From Kiloniellaceae bacterium (lineage in GTDB: Bacteria; Pseudomonadota; Alphaproteobacteria; Kiloniellales; J153), in the NCBI GenBank assembly GCA_021776095.1, contig JAJFGO010000055.1:7551-71550 (forward strand): DNA of 64,000 bases. The letters run 5' to 3'. The position numbers and the translations under genes were made by a program. Shown here in pieces: positions 49,811 to 57,604 of the stretch. How positions within the stretch are numbered: the stretch's first letter is position 1; the number at the start of each line of letters is the position of its first letter. The notes beneath the pieces were generated by a model. It was given only the letters and a program-made list of their open reading frames with translations, had not been told where the DNA came from and made no database searches.

Positions 49811-51931
49811 ATGGACTCGGCGGCGGGCGTTGAGAGCCCTGGAGCCATTAATTTGTTATCGTCGGACCTGCCGGCCACCGAGGCGAAGCCGGGCGGCCCG
49901 CGGGCGCTCATGGCCCGCGCCATCTGGGTCCTGGCGATCATTGCCACCCTGGCCGTGATCGTGCCCGCGATTCAGATTTACAATGAGCGTGCCAGCTTGC
50001 TGACCGATCTGGAGCGGCGCCTGGGAATCTTGGCCAGGGGCCGGGCCGAGGTCATCGATACTTGGCTGGAGGGCTTGGCGCACCCGGTCGACAAGGTGGT
50101 CAACAGCGAGATGTTCCGCCTGTTCGCCACCGAGGTCGATCTGTCGCTGACCGACATGGCCGATCTGGCGGCTGGCAACCGGCGCCCCAAGGCAGAATCG
50201 TCCGGCAGCGATATCAGCGTGCCCCTGAGCGCGCAGATCCCCTTCATGTCGCAGGTCATGACCGATTTCGCGAAAAGCGAGGGCTTTGCCTCCGGTCACT
50301 TGATCAACCGCCGCGGCGTGGCCTACGTCGGTAGTGCCGGGGCGCCTGAACTCGGCCCGGCCCAGGCCGAACTGGCCGCGCAGGTCGTCAAGAGTGGCGT
50401 GTTGCGCTACGGTCCGCTGCGCGACACGGCCGGCGGCTTGATCCTCGATATTTTCGCCCCTGTACGCAGCGCGCAAAGCGGCAGCGACCGCGCCAGCCCG
50501 GTCGGCGTGGCGCTTTTGAGCGTGCCGGTCAGCCCGCGCCTGCAACAATTCCTGGCGCCGCCCCCGCTCACCGAGCCAGGCGAGCGGCTAAGGCTGCTTC
50601 AGTTCACCGACGGCAAAGCCTACGAGATCGCGCCGGGCGAGACGCCCGCGCTGCGTCCGGTCAGCGGCCTGGCCGCGGAACGGACCGGGCCGGTCATCGG
50701 CTTTGCCCGGCGCGCCGGGCTCGCCGGCGGATCGGTCTATTCAGTCGGCGCACCCTTGAGCGGCCCCGGCTGGTGGGCTGTCCAGGAGATCAAAGCCGAG
50801 GCCATGAGCCAGCGCCTGGGCGGATTCATTGCGACCGTGGTCACCCTGGCGGTTTTGGTGATCCTGGCGATCGGCGCCGTCTTCGGGGCCTTTTGGTGGC
50901 GCCTGGCCAACGAGCACAGTTCGGCCCTGGCCCAGCAATACCGCCGCCTGGCGGCACGCATCGAGACTCAGAAACACCTTCTCGACAGCATCAACAACAC
51001 AATTACAGACCACATCGGATTGAAAGGCCCGGACGGCGCCTATCGCTACCTGAACCCGGCCTTCGCCCGCACCATCGGCAAGGATGTCGATCAAGCGATC
51101 GGCCTGGACGACGCCGCCATCTATGGCCAGGGCACGGCCGCGCGCCTAAAGCATTCGGACCAGCGCGCCCTAGCCTCTGGCGCGGCAGTGACGGTCAACG
51201 AGGAGGTCTACCTGGGCGGCAAACCGCGCCACCTACAGATCACCAAGATTCCCCACCGCGACGATTCGGGGGTCTTCTCGGGCATCGTGGCGGTGACCCG
51301 CGACGTGACCGAACTGGTCGAGGAACAGAAAAAGCGCGAGCAAGCTGTCCGCCAGACGGTTTCCGCCCTGGTTCGCGCGGTCGAGCTGCGCGATCCCTAC
51401 CTGGCCGGGCATTCCCAACGGGTGGCCGGATTCGCGGCCGCGGTCGCCCAACGCCTGGGCGCGTGTCCCGAAGACATCGCGACCGTGGAAATTGCGGCCG
51501 ATTTATCGCAAATCGGCAAGCTGGGCGTACCGCGCGAAATCTTGAACAAGCCGGGCCGCCTAACCCCGGACGAGATCGTGCAGATGCAAAGCCATCTCGA
51601 TCACGCCGCCGCCGTCCTGCGCGGCATCGAATTCGGGCTTCCCGTCTTGGAAACTGTCATGGCCATGCACGAGCGCCTGGACGGCCAGGGCTATCCGGCC
51701 GGGTTATCGGGCGAGCACATCTCCCTGGCGGCTAGGATCCTTGGCGCCTGCGACGTTTTCTGCGCCCGGCTGGAGCCCAGGTCGTACCGCCGGGGCATAA
51801 CCGCCGCGGCAGCCTTGGATATCCTGGAAAGCAACGCGGAGCGCTATGACCCACGGGTCATCACTGCCCTGCGCGAGGTGGCGCAATCGGTCGCGGGCGA
51901 AAAACTCCTGGCCGACCTAGGCTCCGCCTGA
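49811..51931 (+). CDS. Transmembrane sensor: TM - ~290-aa periplasmic domain - TM - PAS - degenerate HD-GYP
   Basis: ATG 49811 after GGAGAG (the track start 49793 is a TTG overlapping the upstream stop). HSQRVAG..., ADLSQIGKLGVP (canonical LHDIGK), MHERLDGQGYPAGL (canonical HHExxDGxGYP). Confidence 0.8.
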   Translation: MDSAAGVESPGAINLLSSDLPATEAKPGGPRALMARAIWVLAIIATLAVIVPAIQIYNERASLLTDLERRLGILARGRAEVIDTWLEGLAHPVDKVVNSEMFRLFATEVDLSLTDMADLAAGNRRPKAESSGSDISVPLSAQIPFMSQVMTDFAKSEGFASGHLINRRGVAYVGSAGAPELGPAQAELAAQVVKSGVLRYGPLRDTAGGLILDIFAPVRSAQSGSDRASPVGVALLSVPVSPRLQQFLAPPPLTEPGERLRLLQFTDGKAYEIAPGETPALRPVSGLAAERTGPVIGFARRAGLAGGSVYSVGAPLSGPGWWAVQEIKAEAMSQRLGGFIATVVTLAVLVILAIGAVFGAFWWRLANEHSSALAQQYRRLAARIETQKHLLDSINNTITDHIGLKGPDGAYRYLNPAFARTIGKDVDQAIGLDDAAIYGQGTAARLKHSDQRALASGAAVTVNEEVYLGGKPRHLQITKIPHRDDSGVFSGIVAVTRDVTELVEEQKKREQAVRQTVSALVRAVELRDPYLAGHSQRVAGFAAAVAQRLGACPEDIATVEIAADLSQIGKLGVPREILNKPGRLTPDEIVQMQSHLDHAAAVLRGIEFGLPVLETVMAMHERLDGQGYPAGLSGEHISLAARILGACDVFCARLEPRSYRRGITAAAALDILESNAERYDPRVITALREVAQSVAGEKLLADLGSA

Positions 51932-51981
51932 TCGCCGCGGCGGTTTCGCGGCGCGGGCCCGCTCTGCTATATCAAAGCTGC

Positions 51982-53070
51982 ATGCCAAACTGTCCTTCCC
52001 CTCATCGATCTCCGCGCCGCGGCGGTTCCGCCGTGCAGTATCTTGGGCCCTTTGTCCTTTGCCTTGGCCTCGTACTCGATTTGGTGCCGCTCGCTCCGAC
52101 CGAGGGCGCCCTGGCGGCCAGCCGGAATTTGGCCGAGGAAACCGGGCGAATCGAAGTCAACGCCATGGAGTATCCCTGGAGCGCGATCGGCCGGGTGAAT
52201 GCCGGGGGCCGGGGCCACTGCACCGGGTTCCTAGTCGGCGAGCGCGCCGTTCTGACCGCCGCGCACTGCCTCTACGATATGCGTGAGCAGCGCTGGCGCG
52301 GCGCCACGGAACTGCACTTCGTGGCCGGCTATCAGCGCGATACCTATACCCTCCATTCGCCGGTCGCCAGCTATGCCCGGGGTGCCGGTTTCAAGCCCGG
52401 CCCGGCAAGCGGCACGGCGAGCGCGTTGCACGATTGGGCGGTCCTGACCTTGGCACGGCCGATCGGGCGGCACGCCGGCTGGATCGGCCTGGGCCAGGCA
52501 AGTAAAGACCTGATCTCGAAAGTCGGGCGCGGCCAGGCCCGGATCCTGCAGGCCGGATACCGGCAGGGCTGGACCCATATCATGTCGGTCAGTTTCAACT
52601 GCAAGATCCTGGGACAATTTGGCAAGGGTCGGGGACTAGCCCATGCCTGCGACGTGGCCAAGGGCGATTCCGGCTCGCCCCTCCTGGCGCTGGCCGGCGG
52701 CAAGTTGCGGGTGATCGGCCTGCATGTCCTGGATATGCAGACCAAGCAGGGCCACGTGGCGGGCGCCCTCTCGGCCGCACTGTTCCGGCCCGGCACCGGG
52801 CGTGAGGAAGCAGTCAGCGCCTTGCGCCGCGCCGGCAGCGACTGGGGCGGCGGTCGGCCGCCCAAAAGCGGCAGCCCAGCGGCGTCAGCGCCGGTCAAGA
52901 CCATCGAGGACCTGCTGAGTGAGCTCGGCCTCTTGGACCCGCGCCGGGGAGGCCCCGATACGACGCGCCGCCGGGCCGCGATTGAGGCCTTCCAGGCAGA
53001 TGCCGGCCTACCGGTAACCGGGGAGCCCTCCCTGACCCTTCTGGGCCACCTGATCTCGGCAAGGGAATGA
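51982..53070 (+). CDS. Secreted S1-family (Glu-specific-like) serine protease with C-terminal peptidoglycan-binding domain
   Basis: Intact triad context: LTAAHCL, DWAVLTL, KGDSGSPLL. The C-terminal RRRAAIEAFQADAGLPVTGEPS is PG_binding_1-like. Confidence 0.8.
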   Translation: MPNCPSPHRSPRRGGSAVQYLGPFVLCLGLVLDLVPLAPTEGALAASRNLAEETGRIEVNAMEYPWSAIGRVNAGGRGHCTGFLVGERAVLTAAHCLYDMREQRWRGATELHFVAGYQRDTYTLHSPVASYARGAGFKPGPASGTASALHDWAVLTLARPIGRHAGWIGLGQASKDLISKVGRGQARILQAGYRQGWTHIMSVSFNCKILGQFGKGRGLAHACDVAKGDSGSPLLALAGGKLRVIGLHVLDMQTKQGHVAGALSAALFRPGTGREEAVSALRRAGSDWGGGRPPKSGSPAASAPVKTIEDLLSELGLLDPRRGGPDTTRRRAAIEAFQADAGLPVTGEPSLTLLGHLISARE

Positions 53071-53190
53071 TAACGACCCCCGGTCTATACCCATACGCCG
53101 GGCCCCGAACGCTAAGCCCCACGCGCGAGGCCAAGGCATGGGCTTACGAGTTCGCAAGCGCCCGGACACAGACTCGACAGGATAACGGAC

Positions 53191-53460
53191 ATGAATGACA
53201 TTTTTGTCGATGGCGTGCGCGCCGTTGCGGTCGCGAACGGCGTGGCGCGTATCGAGCTCCTGCAGCTCAAGCGGAGCACGGAGGCCGCCAAATTGGAGCC
53301 GCAGGTGGTCGCCACCTTGTTGATACCGGTCGGCGGATTGCGCGAGCTGGCGGCTCACCTTTCGACCAGCATTGAGCGAATCGAGGCGAGCCAAAAATCC
53401 AATTCGGCGGACCCGGCCAGCAAGGCCGGAGAGGTCGAATCCGCGCTGCAAAACCTCTAG
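53191..53460 (+). CDS. Hypothetical small protein
   Basis: 89-aa ORF. No motif recognised. Confidence 0.4.
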   Translation: MNDIFVDGVRAVAVANGVARIELLQLKRSTEAAKLEPQVVATLLIPVGGLRELAAHLSTSIERIEASQKSNSADPASKAGEVESALQNL

Positions 53461-53479
53461 GAGAGGCCGCCCCGGGGGT

Positions 53480-55405
53480 CTAACCGAACGGCGCGCTGAG
53501 GTCGATGGCGCCATCCTCCAACAACTGATCCGCGTCAAGGCCACTCGCCCGGCTCAGGATCGCGGCGGCGGCAAAGTTCTCACCGCTTCCGGTCGCATCG
53601 ACTTCAATCACCGTGTTTCGGCCATCGACGTTGAGACGCAAATAATCGTCCAGGTTATCGGCGTCCACCGCCGGCACGGCCCCGCCATTCCCGGAAAGGA
53701 TGTCGTAAAGGTTCAAGACGTCGCCCCTCGAGGCATTGAAATCGAAGATAAGGTCCGGCGCGCCGCCTAAATCCAGCACAAAGACATCGGCACCGCGTCC
53801 ACCGACCATGCGGTCGGCGCCGTCACCGCCGAAGAGAATGTCGTCTCCCGTGCCACCGTTGAGATAGTCGTTTCCCTCGCCTCCCAGCAAGAGGTCGTCG
53901 CCGGTACCGCCGATCAACCGGTCGTTGCCGGTCCCGCCATCCAGGGCATCGGCGCCGGAGCCGCCATTGAGATAGTCGCCGTGTTCGCCACCGCGCAGCA
54001 AATCGTCGCCGCTATCGCCAATAAGACTATCGCAGCCGGCACCGCCTTCCAAAGTATCGTCGCCGGAACCGCCGCGTAGTCGGTCATTCCCCTCGCCGCC
54101 TCGCAACACATCGGCGCCGCTATCGCCACGCAGGTTGTCGTCGCCGGTGCCACCATCCAAGTTGTCCGCGCCGGGGCCGCCTCGCAGGGAATCCCGCCCG
54201 GCCCCGCCCAACAGGGTGTCGTCGCCTTGGTCGCCGCGCAAATCGTCGTTGCCGTCGCCGCCCATAAGGGTGTCGTTGCCGCTATCGCCGCGGAGACTAT
54301 CGTTCCCCAAACCACCTTTCAGGACATCGTCACCAGCGCCACCACGAAGGCTATCGTCGCCACAACCCCCATCCAGCGTATCGGCCCCGTCGTCGCCGCG
54401 CAGCTTGTCATTGCCGGAGCCACCTAACAGGACGTCATCGCCAGCGCCGCCACGCAGATCATCCCGTCCGCCCCGGCCCACAAGCAAATCTGCCCCAACT
54501 CCGCCGCGCAGCGTGTCGTTTCCCCGATCGCCAATCAGCGTTACGCCGGGAGCTTCACTCGGTCCTTCAGGATCGCAGGGATCTTCAGGTTCGGGTTCAG
54601 GTTCGGGCTCTGGTTCCGGCTCGGGATCCGGCTCTGGCTCTGGTTCCGGGTCCGGCTCGGGGTCCGGCTCGGGTTCGGGTTCCGGCTCGGGCTCGGGCTC
54701 GGGCTCGGGCTCCGGCTCCGGCTCTGGTTCCGGTTCGGGCTCGGGTTCCGGCTCGGGCTCGGGCTCTGGTTCCGGCTCTGGCTCTGGATCGGGCTCAAGG
54801 CTGGCGGCCGGAACAGATTGCGGGTCCGCCCTCCCGCCGGGCCCCAACTCAAGGTTGCCGGCCGGACCGGCTTCACCGGGTTGAAAGGAAGAGTTTCGAT
54901 CAAAGTCCTGGATTCCGGTCTCGACCAGTCCCAAAGGTTCAGTATCTATCGGATCGATCGAACCCGAACGGTTCAACCCCACGCCGATCAATTCGCCGGT
55001 GTCGTCCTCGTAGGCGCCAGCCCCGGATGTCAAGGGCTGCGCATCGCCGGCGGCCGTCTCCGGCACCGCGTCGGCCTCCAGGCTCGTTATGGCCGCGATA
55101 AGTAGGGGAGCGGTCATGACCGAACCATCGCTCATCACAATGCTCGGCGGCTGGCTGGATTCGGCCGCTGCGACAAAACGGTCGAGACGAACCACACCGC
55201 CATTGCTGAACTGTAGATTTAACGACTCGCCGTCCAGGTGCGCCTGAATTTCAGCCGCCGGAAAGCCAAATGCCAAGGTATCGCCCGGTTCCACCGGGAT
55301 ACGCAGGGTCGCCCCTTCGTCCGGCGGGACGACCGCGATCTGTTGACCAGACGGCGTCTCAATAACGGCCCTGGAACCTTGCGCATCTAGGATCGTGTCT
55401 GCCAA
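53480..55405 (-). CDS. RTX calcium-binding type I secretion substrate with N-terminal TAAG-containing module and (PE)n stalk
   Basis: More than 20 GGxGxDxL nonapeptide repeats. The C-terminal [20 protein letters not shown]...[16 protein letters not shown] resembles the VCA0849-type T1SS signal domain. Likely TTG start at 55405, 6 nt after GGAGGAGG. Confidence 0.9.
   Translation of the reverse strand: MADTILDAQGSRAVIETPSGQQIAVVPPDEGATLRIPVEPGDTLAFGFPAAEIQAHLDGESLNLQFSNGGVVRLDRFVAAAESSQPPSIVMSDGSVMTAPLLIAAITSLEADAVPETAAGDAQPLTSGAGAYEDDTGELIGVGLNRSGSIDPIDTEPLGLVETGIQDFDRNSSFQPGEAGPAGNLELGPGGRADPQSVPAASLEPDPEPEPEPEPEPEPEPEPEPEPEPEPEPEPEPEPEPEPEPEPDPEPDPEPEPEPDPEPEPEPEPEPEPEDPCDPEGPSEAPGVTLIGDRGNDTLRGGVGADLLVGRGGRDDLRGGAGDDVLLGGSGNDKLRGDDGADTLDGGCGDDSLRGGAGDDVLKGGLGNDSLRGDSGNDTLMGGDGNDDLRGDQGDDTLLGGAGRDSLRGGPGADNLDGGTGDDNLRGDSGADVLRGGEGNDRLRGGSGDDTLEGGAGCDSLIGDSGDDLLRGGEHGDYLNGGSGADALDGGTGNDRLIGGTGDDLLLGGEGNDYLNGGTGDDILFGGDGADRMVGGRGADVFVLDLGGAPDLIFDFNASRGDVLNLYDILSGNGGAVPAVDADNLDDYLRLNVDGRNTVIEVDATGSGENFAAAAILSRASGLDADQLLEDGAIDLSAPFG
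54587..54797. repeat. Imperfect hexanucleotide tandem repeat (GGYTCN)n encoding about 35 Pro-Glu/Pro-Asp dipeptides
   Basis: ggttcgggttcaggttcgggctctggttccggctcgg... Read on the minus strand it gives PEPEPE...PDPE. Confidence 0.9.
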
Positions 55406-55675
55406 GAAACCTCCTCCAACTCCAGAGCAGTTGAGCAAACATCAAGCATACAATCAGATAGTACATCAGAATCGATAAATATTCGACTATTTAATTAAGT
55501 TAAAATATGATTATTATTTAGACATATTCTAAATAATTTTATTATTATTTTTCATTATATTGTCGTAGACTCTCAATTATACTTTGTGTATGAACCCTAG
55601 ACGGCTGTCACGGCTAGTTCGGAGCCGAATGTGGCAAGAGAACGGCGCCATCCCTCGGGGTCTAGTGGTCCGATC

Positions 55676-55702
55676 CTAACGCTTGGTTCCCAAGCGTTAG
55701 GT
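55676..55702. repeat. Perfect 12-bp-stem palindrome
   Basis: cctaacgcttgg-ttc-ccaagcgttagg. Confidence 0.7.
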
Positions 55703-55731
55703 GAATCGGCCCACCAAGCCGTTGATCTTGT

Positions 55732-55775
55732 GGGGCGACTTATCCAAACGGATGGGAACCATCCGTTTGGGTCGC
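55732..55775. repeat. Second, inverted copy of the hairpin core of the 7939-8100 element
   Basis: ggggcgacttatccaaacggatgggaaccatccgtttgggtcgc is the reverse complement of 7974-8017 with one mismatch. Confidence 0.75.
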
Positions 55776-56041
55776 GCCACTAGCGCACGATCGGACCCAA
55801 TTCGATGGGCTCATACGCTCTAACTTATTGATTAGGCTTATTTTCTTATACCGAACGACTTCACACCTTGTCCAAAACCGTCCCAGAAAGCTTGAATTAG
55901 AATTCGCGGCCGATTAGAAAAATCACCTCTTTCGTGACACTGTATTCCGTATTTGACATTGAAAATCCACAGAAGTTCTGCCAAGATACGGGTGCGGATG
56001 GGGTTCTTTTGATTAATCAATGAAGCCAGGACGGCTAGAAA

Positions 56042-56329
56042 ATGACCAAGACTTCGGAACCCGAAGGGACTAAAGTGGGGAGCGGTGTTCCGATGGAACA
56101 CGATTCGGCGGAGGCCAAGCGATTGGCCGCGCGCCGGCGTTTTCTTTTGGGCGGCGCGGCCGCCCTGCCATTGATCGTCACGCTCGGCCAAAAGGAGGCC
56201 TGGGCGGCGAGTGTGGCCGTTTGCCAGTCACTGGACATGAGCTACGACAAAAAGTATGTCAAGAATGAGCTCAAAGATGGCGGATGGAAAACGTCGTTGT
56301 ATTGTGATCCGGGCCGGCGCTGGAGCTAA
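56042..56329 (+). CDS. Small Tat-signal protein (about 40-aa mature part, two Cys, C-terminal Ser); candidate peptide substrate
   Basis: AARRRFLLGGAAALPLIVTLGQKEAWA|ASVAVCQSLDMSYDKKYVKNELKDGGWKTSLYCDPGRRWS*. AGGACGG lies 7 nt before the ATG. Confidence 0.55.
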   Translation: MTKTSEPEGTKVGSGVPMEHDSAEAKRLAARRRFLLGGAAALPLIVTLGQKEAWAASVAVCQSLDMSYDKKYVKNELKDGGWKTSLYCDPGRRWS

Positions 56330-56412
56330 GTCGGCTAAGAGGCGCGCCAGGCTGGGCTGCGTGACGGCTTCGGGATAATGCCATTACGGACGGAGATTCC
56401 TGGCGGCTCTGT

Positions 56413-56676
56413 GTGACCGGTCGCGAATTGGCTTGGCGCCAGTGGCAGGGCGAGTTGGTTGTCTTCAACCCGATATCAGGCGCGACTCATCTTTTAGATA
56501 TCGCCAGCGCCGAGATTTTTCATGCCTTAATGGCCGGGTCGACACGGCGCGGCGATTTGGCGGGTCGCCTGGCTGATCTGCTCGAAGTCGATTGCGACGA
56601 CGGGGTGCGGGCCGCGACCGACCGTATATTGGCGCGCCTGGACGACCTCGGCCTGGCGGAGCCGGCCGCCGCATGA
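56413..56676 (+). CDS. PqqD-family peptide-binding protein (HPr-rel-A system type)
   Basis: 87 aa. GELVVFNPISGATHLLDIASAEIFHAL is the PqqD/RRE pattern. GTG start. Confidence 0.8.
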   Translation: MTGRELAWRQWQGELVVFNPISGATHLLDIASAEIFHALMAGSTRRGDLAGRLADLLEVDCDDGVRAATDRILARLDDLGLAEPAAA

Positions 56677-57602
56677 TTCTGAGAGATCTATCCGTCGACG
56701 AGATCTTCCGGCACTTAAGCAGTACCGGCCTGGTGCTAGACACCGGCGCATTTCATGTTCACCTGCGCACCGATCTGAAAAGCCTGGCCCAAATGCTGGC
56801 ACGCAGTTATGGCGGCCACAAGGTCGAAGCCGAACCGGCGATCCATCACATGCAGGTGCGGATCGAACGGGGCAAATGGCGCGGCCCATGGCGCGACCGG
56901 GGTGTGCAAGCCTTCGTGAACGACCGGCAGATCTTGGGTCCCTTCCCAACTTACCTGGCCTATCCCATGCTGGAATCGATCCTTAACTGGTCGATCGCCA
57001 AGTTGATTCTGCGCTATGTCATTTTTCATGCCGGCGCGATCGAGCGCGACGGCCGAGCGCTCATCCTCACCGGGCCTTCGGGCTCGGGCAAAAGTACGCT
57101 CTGCGCCGCACTTTCCCAGACCGGGTGGCGCCTGTTATCCGACGAAATGGTGTTGCTAAACCCCACCGGGCCGGCAATCGCCGGCAACCCCCGGCCAATT
57201 TCGCTCAAGAACGATGCCATAACCCGGATCCGCGCCGTGGCCCCCGCAGCGACCTTTACCGACTCGTACGAAGGCACCGTTCGGGGCACGATCTCTTTCG
57301 TCTGTCCGACCCCCGATTCGGTCGTGCGGGCCGCAGAATCTGCACCGCCAAGCCGGGTCGTCTTTCCGCGCTTCCAGAGCGGGGCCGAGACCGAAATTAA
57401 GAAACTGGAAAAGGCCCAAGGCTTCATCCGCCTGATCGAGAATTCGGTCAATTACGTGGCAACCTTGCGCACCGGTTTCGAGGCGGTGGCGAACTTGACC
57501 GAGCAATGTCGGTTTTACGAAATCACTTTCGGCGATCTCGGTGCGGCGATGACGGCCATCGAAACCGTCGCCGCGCCGGAACCCGGCGACGGGGCGGCCT
57601 AG
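56673..57602 (+). CDS. HprK-related kinase A
   Basis: Start MILRDL in an ATGA overlap with the PqqD stop. HAGAIERDGRALILTGPSGSGKST...LLSDE resembles the HPr kinase C-terminal domain. Confidence 0.8.
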   Translation: MILRDLSVDEIFRHLSSTGLVLDTGAFHVHLRTDLKSLAQMLARSYGGHKVEAEPAIHHMQVRIERGKWRGPWRDRGVQAFVNDRQILGPFPTYLAYPMLESILNWSIAKLILRYVIFHAGAIERDGRALILTGPSGSGKSTLCAALSQTGWRLLSDEMVLLNPTGPAIAGNPRPISLKNDAITRIRAVAPAATFTDSYEGTVRGTISFVCPTPDSVVRAAESAPPSRVVFPRFQSGAETEIKKLEKAQGFIRLIENSVNYVATLRTGFEAVANLTEQCRFYEITFGDLGAAMTAIETVAAPEPGDGAA

Positions 57603-57604
57603 AG

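Noticed and set aside
54587-54797. Periodic short repeats that might be mistaken for a CRISPR array or other spacer-repeat structure.
   Set aside because: The period is 6 nt with no spacers. It is entirely inside a coding frame that encodes Pro-Glu dipeptides.
54135-54884. 249-aa plus-strand ORF with a long (GS)n tract.
   Set aside because: It is the antisense shadow of the (PE)n repeat and RTX repeats of the minus-strand gene. It has no start context, and RTX motifs are only readable on the minus strand.
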